A stretch of 64,000 nucleotides of DNA from Mytilus trossulus (GCF_036588685.1 NC_086381.1:17298001-17362000); one strand, 5' to 3'; numbered from the stretch's first letter, positions 51,042 through 64,000 are shown. Translations and numbers: made by a program. Notes: generated from the letters alone by a model not told the origin.

Positions 51042-52200
51042 AACTAGAGGCTCTAAAGAGCCTGTGTCGCTCACCTTGTCTATGTGAATATTAAACAAAG
51101 GAAGCAGATTGAAAATTGACTACAAAGGTCAATAACTCCTACAGGGGTCAATTGACCATTTCGTTCATGTTGACTTATTTGATCTTACTTTGCTGAACAT
51201 TATTGCTGTTTACAGTTTACCTATATCTATAATAATATTCAATATAATAACCAAAAACAGCAAAATTTCCTTAAAATTACCAATTCAGGGGCCGCAACCC
51301 AAAAACAGGTTATCCAATTCATCTGAAAATTTCAGGGCAGATAGATCTTGACCTGATTAACAATTTTACTTCATGTCAGATTTTCTCTAAATTATTTGGT
51401 TTTTGAGTTATAAGCCAAAAACTGCATTTTACCCCTATGTTCTATTTTTAGCCGTGGCGGCCATCTTGGTTTGATGGCCAGGTCACCGGACACAATTTTT
51501 AAACTAAATACCCCAATGATGATTGTGGCCAAGTTTCAAATAATTTGGCCCAGCAGTTTCAGGGGAGAAGATTTTTCTAAAAGATTACTAAGATTTACGA
51601 AAAATGGTTAAAAATTGACTATAAAGGGCAATAACTCCTAAAGTGGTCAACTGATCATTTTGGTCATGTTGACTTTTTTGTAGATCTTACTTTGCTGAAC
51701 ATTATTGCTGTTTACAGTTTATCTCTATCTAAAATAATATTCAAGATAATAACCAAAAACAACAAAATTTCCTTAAAATTACCAATTCAGTGGCAGCAAC
51801 CTAACAACGGAATGTCAGATTCATCTGAAAATTTCAGGGCAGATAGATCTTAACCTGATTAACAATATGACCCCATGTCAGATTTGCCCTAAATGCTTTG
51901 GTTTTTGAGTTATAAGCCAAAAACTGCATTTTACCCCTATGTTCTATTTATAGCCATGGCGGCCATCTTGGTTAGTTGGCGGGGTCACCGAACACAATTT
52001 TTAAACTAGATACCCCAATGATGATTGTGGCCAAGTTTGGTTAAATTTGGCCTAGTAGTTTCAGAGGAGAAGATTTTTGTAAAAGTTAACGCAGGACGAC
52101 GACGGACGACGACGACGGACGACGACGACGGACGACGACGGACGCCGGACGCCAAGTGATGAGAAAAGCTCACTTGGCCCTTCGGGCCAGGTGAGCTAAA
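51042..52200 (-). mobile_element. Helentron-associated element (HINE-like) nested in an R1 repeat
   Basis: AACTAG end, hairpin AGGCTCTAAAGAGCCT, IR GCTCACCT / AGGTGAGC, two internal repeats of about 500 bp, (GAC/GGAC)n tract; flanks rejoin into an R1 copy matching 53073-53235. Confidence 0.8.
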
Positions 52201-53072
52201 AAGGAAAGTCCCAAATGAAATGACAAAAACAAAACCTCACACACATCAAACGAATGGACAACTGTCATATTCCAGACTTGGCATAGACATGTTTTTATGA
52301 AGAAAATAGTGAATTAACCTTGGTTTTATAGCTAGCTAAACCTCTCACTTGTATGACAGTCGTTTAGGAGTATCTTTTCATTAAATGAAATTGACAGGTG
52401 TTTATCTATGTCCAAATCTACTAAATCTATTGGAAAGTTACAAATCTAGATAACAAAAAAACACTGAGGGACTCACATATACTCAAAAAATATCAGGCCC
52501 GGTATTGTTGATAAGACCAGCATTTCCTGTCATTTAATCATCAATCGTCAAGCAAATTCTCACTCATTCAAAATGTCAGTCGGTAAAAGGATTTAACAAA
52601 CTGGTATAAAAAAAACTTTGATGTCATTTATGTATTTTTAAGGATGTATGCATCTCATTCACACTTCCCTGGGCAGTTTCTCATTAACTGAAGTATTGTT
52701 TTTAATTGCTAAATGAATGCTGGTAATTGTGAAGCAAAACTGGAGTAATCTTTATCAGACAATGAAAAATTCAAACAAAATTTGGTTTGTAAATACCAAG
52801 TATGTTATTCGGATATTGTGTATAATGAAGACTGATGCTAATTCATTTGATTAGACTTTCAATATTGGAACCATAACTTGGTCATTAATTTTATAGTAGA
52901 GACCAAAACTGTTTGCTAGTACCAATCCTTCACATTCCTTAAATGTGTGATTGTTATATTACCAATATTCTTCACACTATCAAGAAGCAAGAAGACATAT
53001 TGTTGACTGAATTTTTCACATTTAAAATTCTCGATAGCTTTATTTGAGGAGATTAACTGAACATGTAGTCTA

Positions 53073-53235
53073 AAAAGTAAAAACACAAAAATACTGAACT
53101 CCGAGGAAAATTCATCAAGGAAAGTCCAAAATTAAAAGGCAAAATCAAAAGTCCAAACACATCAAACAAATGGATAACATCTGTCATATTCCTGACTTGA
53201 TACAGGCATTTTCTAATGCAAAAAATGGTGGATTG
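53073..53235 (+). repeat. Dispersed repeat family R1, uninterrupted copy
   Basis: AAAAGTAAAAACACAAAAATACTGAACTCCGAGGAAAATTC..GGAAAGTCC..CACATCAAAC..CTGTCATATTCCTGACTTG. Confidence 0.7.
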
Positions 53236-56230
53236 ATGTACCAATTGTCTTATTGACAGCAAAAAGTGAAGTATCATTGGACTTTGAAGTAAAAGCTATT
53301 GTTACATTTTCACTAATTCTTTTTTATCCTTTACTGACCTGTTGGTTAATTTTCGAGAATTTAAATGTCTCAAATGGATAAATATCATATAATGGCAGTT
53401 TTTATCTGATAGTTAATTTCTATGTATGTTGCATTCTCGTTTGTTTTTTGTTGCACTAAAGTGTTTTGTTTTATAGTTTTCCTCTTACAGTTGATGAGTT
53501 TCCCTCGGTTTTGGTTTATTAAACCAATTTGTTTTCTCTTAATCAACTTTTGACTTTTGAACAGCAATATACTACTGTTGCCTTTATTTACACTCAATAC
53601 AGTGGTAGATTCTATATGCACATGGGGCATACTAGTCATCAGTATTATATCATCTAGTCGTAAGGGCGGTGGGTACTATTAAAACATAAAAATGTAGGCA
53701 TTCTATTTCTATAAAATGTTTATTGGTTGTAAAGTTGTATATCTTGTACAAATAAGCCAATAGCTATATATAAACTAACAACTGGGTAAATATGAAAGAC
53801 TATCTATGGTATTGCAAGTCGTTGCTAGTGTAAAATTTATGATTGACAATTTAGACAAAATTAAGTTGTGTGGGGTTTTTTTCAACTTTAAAAAACCAAC
53901 AAATTAAAAAAAATATTGAAAGGAGGATAACACATATCAAATGTAACATGAAAGGAGAATTTCTTTTTGGTTTGGTAAGGTAAACAACATCAGGTGGTAA
54001 TAGCATCTACATATGCTTAATATATGATATTTAAATATATTCCAAAACACTCTATATGTATTTCAAAATTAAATTGTGCCACTAAATTTGCTTTTGTGAA
54101 ACAGTAGGTCAAACTATATCTAAAACAACTCATAAATTTACAAATGAACACTTTTTTTTAAACTGAGAATTACGTTCTTTATCAAAGATTTTTAATACCC
54201 AAACAAACAAGTGACTATATGAGAATATTTTTCTTCATTATGATGTATATATTCTAGCTTTATCAACACATAAAAAAACTTCTTAAATGTAAACTCTTTC
54301 TTTCCTCAAGTCTGCAATAATATCAAATGGATCAGAAGAGGTAAACACAATTAAAAAAGGCACATCCAGGGGGTATCCCCATTATAATTGAAACATATTT
54401 TTATTATTACTGCCACACACGCTATTTTATTTGAAAATGCAATCTTTTATTCAATCTACTATTATTTCCATTAAGTTTTTAAATCTTTTCTTTAAATCGT
54501 CGTTTAATGGTCAACACATTATATGAATAAAACCTACAAGAGAACTTTAGATATTTTCAAATTATAAAGTACAAAGTTATGCAGGAATCAAGTTTTTTAA
54601 TTGATATTGCTTAGAAAAGAATTTTCTGAACACCAAAAAAAAACAATGTTCTATTCTGCAGTCATATTCTTGATACCATGACAGTTCATTACTTCAATTA
54701 TTTAGCAAAAAAAGAAAGTTCATAATATCTTTTATATAGTAAAAAAAATCCTATCAAGATATATTTAATCAAAAACAAAAACAAATCCTAATTAATAATA
54801 AAACCAAACAAGCAATATATTAAATAAAACTAAAAATAATAACATCTCAACATGCTTTGTCTAAAAATGTACACTTTATCTCAGTAATACAACTCATACC
54901 AACAAACCTTACATTATCAATGCAGATTAAGACTTTTTTTTAAATATCCAAACCTCAAGAAGAGGAAAAGTTTTTATGTATTTCTAATAAATTAGCCATT
55001 TCAGATAGAATAGACATTAATTTTCAAAAGCTGTTAGGATTTGTATCACCTTAAAACAAATACCATACTTGTAACTTAAATTTAAAGTAATTCATGACAT
55101 ACAAAGATTTCTGTAAGAATTTACACAAAATGGCTGATTTTATCATAATCATTTTACAGACATGTATCATCATTCATTCTCATTAATGTATAAAATGCAT
55201 CAAATTTGATATTGATAGAAATCTATGTAAAACTACATATTTATTTGCATATTCTATATACATAGCACCATTTATTTTCACATGTTTAAATGAACTAAAA
55301 ACTCTATATACTATTAAATAAACATACCAAACTTTCCAAAATAAAGCGTGTTCAAATATCAAAATGAAGCTATTTCACAGGTGGACTGACATTTAAAACA
55401 AATTGGTAATTAATATGAACGATGGTAAATTGCTCTATCAAGAGAATTAATTCACTTATCTTGTTTTTACTTCACAGGCACTATTTGAAAAATAGTTTAA
55501 GTACTTTGTCTTATAAAAAGGAATGATAATTATATCAAATTTTTTCTTCAGAAATCTAGTTCAACAACTGAAAACAACTTTAGGGTGTAGATCAATTTGG
55601 TAAAAACCTATTTGTTCACACGATTGAAAACAAACTTTCGCCTCATGTTACTAGACTCAAAGTCACGTTACCCAACATATTGCAGTTATACAATAAGCAA
55701 TATTAAAACATGGTACCAGGCTCATAGTCACGTTACTCAACATATTGTAGTTATTCAATAAGCAATATTTAAATGAACATTTGGTGTTAAAGTTAATATT
55801 TCATAAAGAAATTCCAACAGATAGCTGTAAATTAATGCTGACAATAAACCCACATACATGTGTTATATTAAAATAATGAATGAAAAGTGTGAACAAATAT
55901 ACAGTATATGTACCATGCAAAACATTTACACATCTAAAAAATGTGGAAAAGATATCAGCAGTCACTAGGTGTGCATATTTTGCTATATCTAAAAAAAGCA
56001 CTAATTTTACATCAAATTAGATGTATTATTCCATGATTACATTTATCAAATTTTTTCATTACTACAAATATAACAAAAATGCTTTACAAAAAAAACCCAT
56101 CTTTTTTCTGTTAACATATCTAAAACAGTATCTTTAATTGTTCTTCTAAGAATACGATAAAAATGATTGTAAATATATCTGATCTTCATTTGTATTGTCT
56201 ATCAATTTAAAAATCCTAGCATTGGTTTTC

Positions 56231-56406
56231 TTAAGAAGTGGTGGTGTACCATGGTCTTCTACGATGCCAACGAATCTGGTACCCAGAGTCTACACGGATC
56301 TTGATGGAGGCAGCTTCAGCAGCACGAACTGTTTCCTTCACAGCTTGCATCAGATTTTGGGCATTACCAACCAACATTTCAGTGGCTTCTTGATCCTCTT
56401 CAGAAC
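56231..56406 (-). CDS. VCL: Vinculin, last coding exon (tail helix 5 and C-terminal hairpin)
   Basis: Acceptor CGTAG|GT; [44 protein letters not shown] matches the vinculin C-terminus. Confidence 0.95.
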
Positions 56407-56744
56407 CTACGATCAAAGAAAACTTGTTTTAAAGTTTAGAAACAAGAGTGGGTTTTTTTCCAAAGTTTTCTACATAGAGGCAATTTCCTATTTACAAAAA
56501 TTGGTCAATTATAATTAATAGATTTTTTAAGGTCAAATTGTATTGCTTTAGTGTTTCAAGTTTAAAAGTGCTTAAGTCTAACACTTCATGCAAAATGTGA
56601 GAAAACAACAGTAAAATACACCTGTTCTATAGCTGATAAACAATCTCCATGCGATAATCTAAGACCACTCACTGACTGACATCAAAGAGGTGTTGCTTGT
56701 CTATAAGAATTTATCACATGTTCTTCAAGGTGGCCAACATTAAA

Positions 56745-57001
56745 CATACCTGCCAACTGTCACTATTTGTGGGGGATATCCCCCATGGAGGCTACCAAAT
56801 TGAAATTTTGAAAGAGCAATTTTGTCCACAATTTTAAACAAAACACTTAATTTTACAATGTTTCCAGGCTTATAAAAGTATGAAGAAGCCAAAAACAACT
56901 TTAAAATGTATTTGAAGGCCTCCTTGAAGGGTTTTTTAGGACTATGACAGCAATCTTGCATGCAAAACCCCCAGGGGCATTTTGAAAAGTTGGCAGGTAT
57001 G
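56745..57001. mobile_element. MITE with 14-bp TIRs and 6-bp TSD
   Basis: CATACCTGCCAACT / AGTTGGCAGGTATG flanked by ATTAAA on both sides. Confidence 0.75.
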
Positions 57002-57477
57002 ATTAAATATAACTGAGAATTATTTATAATTTTCTTGGAAATGCACTAACTAAAACTTCTAAATGATATATATAAGAAATTTAACTAAAATTACTGATAA
57101 ATTCACGACTGAAAAAATAAATTAATCCAGGTGAAATAACTTATAAGATTAATTCTGACGTATTTAAACTGGACATTCCTATACTTGAAGTTAATTTTTG
57201 CACAACAGTATTTTGAAAAACGAAAAGAAATCAATATGTATATGCTATTATTTATATTTTGTTAAAACAATTGATCTAAAATTGTCTTCATGAAAATTTA
57301 TCAACTTCTATAGAAGTATTTATTGTCCCCAAAGCAATGCAAAGCAAAAGACTTAGAAATACCAGGCTTTCATCTGTCTGTCTGTTTAGTCTTGTAAGCA
57401 CTATCACATGTTAAATTCTTGCAAGATTTTTTATCAAACTTATATCAGAGGTTTATATCAGTAAATATAAAAAAAAA

Positions 57478-57725
57478 AAGATGTGCTATGATTGCCAATG
57501 AGACAAAGGTCCACAAGAGACCAAAATGACACAGAAATTAACAACTATAGGTCACCGCATGGCCTTCAATAATGAGCAAAGCCCATATCGCATAGTCAGC
57601 TATGAAAGGCCCCGATAACAATGTAAAACAATTCAAACGAGAAGACTAACAGCCTTATTTATATGACAAAACTATCAAAAAACAAATATGTAACGCATAA
57701 ACAAACGACAACCACTGAATTACAA
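57478..57725 (+). repeat. SINE-like family R2 in vinculin intron
   Basis: GATGTGCTATGATTGCCAATGAGACAA head; other copies at 41025, 20795 and about 15003. Confidence 0.65.
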
Positions 57726-58863
57726 GTCTTTGATATGCTGGAAAACCAGTGCTGATCAACTATTTTGAAAAAAGTTATATCCCTTGGAAATATAAAATAT
57801 GGAATTTTGTGTTGTTAGCACTCACATGTGTATAATTATTGTTAAATTTAAATCAAACTTATATCAAAGGTTTATATCAGCAATTGATTAAACAAGTTTG
57901 AAAATCTGTTTTTTTCTAAACTATTCCCCTTGGACAAGTGAAATTAGAGCAACATAGGGGTACATGGTTCTTTTATTTCACTTGCAAAAGGATGGTTTTC
58001 ATAATGGAATTTTTGAATTTTGATATTCCTGAATTTTTTGTTTTTTATATTTATTGAATCAAGAAAATATCAAAGCATTTGAATCTAAGAAACCTTTAAT
58101 ATAAATTGATAAACTTGAAACTGCTTCAGAATTTTCCATTTTAGTTTCTTATAGGTTGTAATAAACTACATGTCTAAGATTAATTTTATATAAAAGCTTC
58201 TGTTTAGGTGTAAGGATTGTGTACTGAAAGTAAAACATTAACTTTGAAACTCTTCACTTTTTTTCACCACAGAAAAGCCAAAACCTACTGTTAAGGAATT
58301 TCTTTTATAAGGACTTGGTTTCACAATACAAAATGTGATTTTTTTTTACTTTATATTATACAAAGCTGAATAATATGTGCATCAAAGTAAAAACAATAAT
58401 TCAAAGATAAAGATCTATATCCTTTTGATCCAAATAAGCATTTTTTACAATTGAAAATTTAAAGCTTTTCACATACATACACTGACTTAAATAATAAACC
58501 ACTTGCAAAATTGTACCATATTTGCAATCATTATACCATTATTCACCAAGCCCAATCTATATAATACTCATTCTTATATGAAATTGTTTAAAACATACTC
58601 ATATGAAGATGCAGATGCAGAAATGGGCATTTTTTAATCATTCAAATCAAACAATGCATGTATAATCTTGATGAAGACTTATTTTTGTTAGTCAAAGTAT
58701 AGAAATATTAAAGTACCACGTCCAAGTCAAAACACACTGCATCATGCTCAACAACAAGACAAAAGACAAATCATGCTGTGCCTAGCAGCTGCAGTTTTAA
58801 ACATATTATATGTCCCTGCTAGAGATCTTCAATTGGTTTTATCAGCACTTAATTTGTTTGAAA

Positions 58864-59073
58864 TATTGTTGATTCATCATTATTTGCTGGATACCAATTT
58901 TGTGGATTTTGTGGGTACAGGTGAACCAGGAATCTAAATAATCAACAAATTACAAACTTCTATAGGCTTGTATGCAAATTTTGGTAAAACCATGAAATCA
59001 AATATTTTAGAAATTGTAAATTTTACTAAATCCACTAAAATTGGTACCCACGTAAAATAAATCAATCCACAGC
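58864..59073. mobile_element. Degenerate MITE
   Basis: Imperfect IRs TGTTGATTCAT..GGATACCAATTTT / AAAATTGGTACCC..ATCAATCCACA. Confidence 0.5.
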
Positions 59074-59521
59074 ATAATTTAAAAAATAATCAACATGCTC
59101 TGCAGACAATAGAGACACATATAAACCATAACCACAATAAGTAATGATAATTATTCAGGGTTCTACAATAAACATATCAATATCTAGTCATTACTTTTAT
59201 TTCTTTTGGCAGAAAATTGCATTATTTAAAGTGTAAAACATTTACTACAAACCGTAATATCAAGAAATTTAACTCCAATTTTCCTGCATACATTTGCAAA
59301 ATTTAATTGTATAAACGTCCTACACTGTCATAAAAGTATTTGCATGAAATATGAAGTAAGTTTTTTTTAAATGATAAGAATGCATTTCATTAATGAAATA
59401 TGTTATTCTCTTATCCCAACATGCAGCAATAAGTAAAATTAGTCAAGTTATTGTAGAAGCCTGAGTTCTCGATATTCTCCTTTGTCTAATATTAAATACA
59501 TCACTTGTGGCTTAAACTTAC

Positions 59522-59527
59522 TGGATT
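59522..59527 (-). CDS. VCL: Candidate 6-nt vinculin micro-exon
   Basis: Long pyrimidine tract with TGC motifs, AAACAG|AATCCA|GTAAGT; phase 1-1, frame preserving. Confidence 0.4.
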
Positions 59528-60755
59528 CTGTTTCCATGGCAACAGGTTACAGAAGCAGGCAGAAATAAAAACAAAACAAAAAAGCATATATTAGTTGTCA
59601 ATCAATACAAAGCTATGTACTTTAATGATAAACCCAGCTGTATTTAGTTTCTGTTTTTAAATTCTGAAATACTTAAATTTCAATAATTTTACTATTTCAA
59701 AAAAGACAAAATTTAAATTAATCTAATAAATGCAATGGAATAAGTATTGCATTTATTAAAACTTGTATGTAAAATTTTGATCTCATTAAAAAATAAAAAT
59801 TTGCTTAATTTTTTTTTGAAACTCATGTGAATGGACTGATAAATTTTTTAGTTCAACAATATATAATTTAACAATGAAAAAACAATTTGCATTAAGTCTT
59901 GGTAGTAGGTTTATCATTAAAAGAATTGGCAAAATATTCATCATGCATTTAAGAAAGCAAAGGCATTGTGTCATTAAAATTGTAGAGCTTATTGAAAGAA
60001 AGTAGTCATCATGATACTTAATATGCAATGTTGGTTAGTAACATTTGTATTGTCCTGGGTCAACATTCGGGTCAGAGGATTTCAGTAAAGAATTAAAAAG
60101 CATTAAAATATAAAATTCATACACTCCTGTTCTGTTCATAAATAAAAGACATAAAATATTACTTATTATATACAAATAAGAATATGATAGGGAATAATGG
60201 CCAAATAGACAATTACTCCACAAAGACCTAACACTAAGAACCAACACATGAAATGGTCAGTTCATAATTTTTTTGATTCACACAAAATGTTTATTTTGAT
60301 AACTATTTACAAATATTTTCAATATCCAGCAAAAGTTATACCATTAAGATTTACTTTATGAAAACTTTTATGGTACTCAACATTCTTACCTCTTTATGAT
60401 TTATACTACCATCCACGGTTTGTTCAATACAATATATATAGAAAGTGGAACCACGAAAGCTTATCAAAGCTTTTTAATCCAAAACATTTTAACCCATGCA
60501 TTTTCGTATTTTGCTCTGACAATATTGGATCTGAACATTCCTGATAAGGATGATTTTTTATCTACTCAAAAGGATCATATTTTTCAAATTTTACAGGGAA
60601 AAAAATATATATGAAACTCAGGAAGTTTGGATGGTATATTTGTATGGAATAGTTGGTTCTTTTGTATGTCAATTCCTAACTCATATTGATTATAATAATT
60701 TAATCAGTGCTATCACATCAATATGTAGTCAAATCCCATGCTAAATTAACTTTAC

Positions 60756-60794
60756 CGCAAGATATTTCACCACCATCTGGGGCTGGTACAGGTT
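60756..60794 (-). CDS. VCL: Candidate 39-nt vinculin cassette exon (EPVPAPDGGEISC)
   Basis: TTTCTACCATAG|AACCTG..TTGCG|GTAAAG; phase 1-1, open, GC-richer than surrounding intron. Confidence 0.65.
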
Positions 60795-61159
60795 CTATGG
60801 TAGAAATAAATCATTATGACATTTTCATAGGATCAACAGCTTTAAACGTTTGCTTGAAATACAGTAAAGGACCTAATGTTGTATTTGGATATGCCTGCTC
60901 CATACTTACACTCCTTAAATCCCACAGAACTCTCTTAAATACCACTTGGTTTTATTATTTTCTTTCATTAAAAGTATACTAAAGGAGACTGAGTCATTAC
61001 TCTAAAACGTGTTATTTACAAAAACAAAATTCTGATATTTTTTTTTCTATCTTGGTTATAAGTTTATCATGTTTATATGGTTAAATTAATAGCTGAATCC
61101 ATACAATTTTTAAAATATCTTATTCCTGTCTTTTTTATTTTCTAGATATACTATGTTAC

Positions 61160-61189
61160 CTGACACACAGAATTTTTTGGGAGCATCAT
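61160..61189 (-). CDS. VCL: Candidate 30-nt vinculin cassette exon (DDAPKKFCVS)
   Basis: TATAG|ATGATG..GTCAG|GTAACA; phase 1-1, open; acceptor pyrimidine tract weak. Confidence 0.35.
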
Positions 61190-61426
61190 CTATACTTACA
61201 ATATATAGAACATGGTCAGATCACAGCTTAACTTAACAATACCTACACTGCCCTGGTCAAAAGAAAGTTAGCAGCAAAACAAATGTTAAACTTCTAATGT
61301 ATAACCAATATTGATAAAACAATTATCAATTTGCACTACAGTATGTATATAAAAACTTTGCAAAGATTTAAAATTAATGTAAAAATATTAAAAATGAAGG
61401 TAGGCTGATGATAAATAAGCCTATAC

Positions 61427-61517
61427 CTTGTGCTCCCAACATGGTTGCCTTCACTGTTGATAAAATCTTTAGCTGGGTACCAATTGTAGGAATTCTCTCA
61501 CAAACTTGCAATAAGTT
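61427..61517 (-). CDS. VCL: Vinculin exon (tail helix 4)
   Basis: ACAG|AAC..CAAG|GTATAG; [30 protein letters not shown]; not in the ORF track. Confidence 0.95.
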
Positions 61518-62019
61518 CTGTTAAAAGGAAAAATCTATTTAAATATTTATCAAAGTTTAAAACAGGTCTAAATGCCATTACTGATATCAAAAACATTGAT
61601 TAACTAATCACCAGCAAAATTTACTAAACTGAGAGATTCTTCTGGGATTTAGGTTTTAAATAATGTAATGGTATTACAAACTTAAACAAAGGATGTTATT
61701 TAATTTATCTAAAATACTTTCATTTTGAAATTCAAATTGACAATAAGGTACAGAAAAGATGGCCTTATCTAGCTCCTCCCTCATCAATATTAAGATGAAA
61801 TTCAACAATCGCTAGTTGCATGCAAAATTTCATAAAGATCTTAACATATTGCTCTTTTATGATTCATAAGTAAAAGAAGTAATGTCATTTCACACAATTT
61901 CTTAGATTAACGACCATGATATATGATTGTGCTTTTACATAGAAAATGATGATGGAAGTTTTTAACAACCTTGACTGGCTATAAAGCCCTTGCACCATCA
62001 GTAGCATATATAATATTAC

Positions 62020-62143
62020 CAGTCTCATCCTTTTATCAGTACACTCAGCAGCTAACTTCTGTGCCAGTTTGGCCACCTCTGTTGATGACTCAGCTATATT
62101 CTTAGCTGTGGCTATCAGATCCTTCTTAGAACCACCTTCACCT
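62020..62143 (-). CDS. VCL: Vinculin exon (tail helices 2-3); gene continues beyond the window
   Basis: TGTAG|A..CTG|GTAATA; GEGGSKKDLIATAKNIAESSTEVAKLAQKLAAECTDKRMRL joins the next exon in frame. Confidence 0.93.
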
Positions 62144-62190
62144 CTACACAAATACAGTCAATTATTGTATAATGCAATACTTCCAATAGA

Positions 62191-62400
62191 TAGTGTAAAT
62201 TCAGAAATTATTGCGTGCATTTATTATTGCGATTTTGTCATTTTACACTTGAATGCGATTTTAATTTTTACGATTTTGAGAAAAGTCATGCTTAATTCAG
62301 TTAAAATATTACAAAATGCGAGTTTTAATTATTGCGTTTACAACTCAGGCATATTATTCGCAATAATAAAAACCTCGCAACAATTTCTGAATTTACAGTA
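62191..62400. mobile_element. Tc1/mariner-like MITE (TA flanks)
   Basis: TA.TGTAAATTCAGAAATTATTGCG / CGCAACAATTTCTGAATTTACAGTA inverted termini. Confidence 0.75.
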
Positions 62401-63661
62401 GTTTACTATTTCAATAATAATCATTACAAGTAATAAAAGGATACATTTCACATTGGAATAATGATATGTGCTACACTCTGATACATGATTAAAAACAAAT
62501 ATAGTGGTACCCTATGATATATAATTCAAATAAAATATAATGTACAAATATAAAAGTGGACATTTCCATCATGAAAAGCTTTATGAATCTTTTTCTTCTT
62601 CAAATATTTTTTCTGTGACATTATTTTTTTAGAAGTAAATGCATTCTAAGATTTCTATATTTCAAATGACAGTAATTTCTTCTCATAGCCTTAATTTTTT
62701 AGCATGTTTTAAGTGTAATTTCATTTTATGCAAAGCCAGAGTTGAGAACAGACTAAGACAGAAAGAAAGTTTAATATACATTTCAAGAAAATGGCCAATC
62801 ATATAATAATCAATACAACGTATTAAGATGAAAGATTTTCATTCTGCCATTCATTTTAAAGCATGTAAAATGTCTTTACATAATTAACAAGAATATATTT
62901 GAATATTTTTAAGATTTGACAGACTTTTTCTGCATCTCAAGCATGCTTAGATTTTGTTTACATTTTTCATGTATTTAGTTATTTACAGAACCACAGAACC
63001 TCAGATCAATTGATTTAAGGTTTTAACAAGTATTGTGTTTCATGCATTAGTAAGATGATAGAATGTTGAGTCTTTGCATTGAAGTGTACAAATGACTTGT
63101 TATTTTTGCTGCATTATTTAATAGTTGATGAAATTACTTTTCAGATTTGTGGTCCAGAACTGTTGACAGGTGTCTACCACTATTGATTGAGTTATCATAC
63201 AAAGACATTATCATGTACCGTAAGATATAAATACTGAATGTAAACCTGATTTTACACGGTGATATTATTGTGTGCCTTATATACATCGTTTACACTAATC
63301 AAGATATATACTGTCTAAAATATTGCCTTCAGAAAATATAAATTACAGGGTATTTGTTTTCATGCTCATAAGGAGTATCAACTTGTGTGCTGTTTCCTGG
63401 TAAAATGTTTGTGACTGGAAGGAAAATCATAATCAAAGGGAAAGACTAAGAGAAAAACACCTTTTTTAATAATCAAAACTTCTGTCTACCTGAAAGTTGA
63501 AAGGCGGTGATTTTTTTAATTCCTTAAACGCAACACAGAATATTACAAACTGTATTTATAGATTACCTTACCAGGGTATCCCAAAAACTATTTAACCAAT
63601 ACTGAATCAATGTACTTTTATCATCAATATATGCATTTGCTGATTTCTTATTGAAAAAATT

Positions 63662-64000
63662 TGCAAGGGTTCCGCGGAACCCAGTGTCTCGCCTACTTTT
63701 GCTGTAAATCGCAGGCTCAACAAAAATGAAGAAAAAACTCAATAAAAATCTTCCTCTTGATCCAATTTTCTGATTGTAAGAAGCTTCTTTCCAAGTTTGG
63801 TTAAAATCCAGGATAGTATATGAATCTAATAAATGTTTTAAAAACAACTGTAGACTGTACATGTATGTATGGTTAACTGGAAGAAAATCTAAGTCCATTT
63901 AAAAATAAAATACGGATAAAATGGATTTATTTTTTTACAAAATTTACTTTTGGATACTATTTTATGATCATAATTAAGCTTCTGTCCAAGTTTGGTACAA
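63662..64000 (-). mobile_element. Helentron-associated element, partial (runs off window)
   Basis: Terminal hairpin GGGTTCCGCGGAACCC followed by repeat units containing CCAAGTTTGGT, as in the other HINE-like copies. Confidence 0.5.

Noticed and set aside
56195-56518. Plus-strand 107-aa ORF (and 62069-62401)
   Set aside because: Antisense shadows of vinculin exons and a MITE.
60390-60541. Strong donor GAG|GTAAGA in the vinculin intron as another cassette exon
   Set aside because: No upstream acceptor gives an open, frame-preserving exon.

Overview
AT-rich, intron-containing animal genomic DNA; the repeat landscape looks like a mytilid bivalve (Mytilus-like, recognised from memory, not by search). 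Host genes: two same-strand paralogous two-exon divergent 7TM/GPCR-like genes (2459-4529 and 41886-43613) and the 3' end of vinculin on the minus strand (exons 62020-62143, 61427-61517, 56231-56406). The last vinculin intron holds several frame-preserving candidate micro-exons. The rest is mobile DNA: two non-LTR retrotransposons, a Penelope-like RT relic beside a hammerhead-ribozyme (retrozyme-like) repeat array, a truncated TTAA-flanked transposon carrying a spliced, apparently intact DEDDh exonuclease, and a dead DIRS-type tyrosine-recombinase retroelement whose 3' part is caught in a 3.6 kb tandem triplication with a chimeric middle copy. There are also Helentron/HINE-type elements, MITEs, two long-palindrome elements, a 37-bp hairpin with a 7-bp TSD, a 28-bp minisatellite and a (GA)n tract. 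Most short ORFs in the track are spurious. No rRNA, tRNA gene or CRISPR array was seen.
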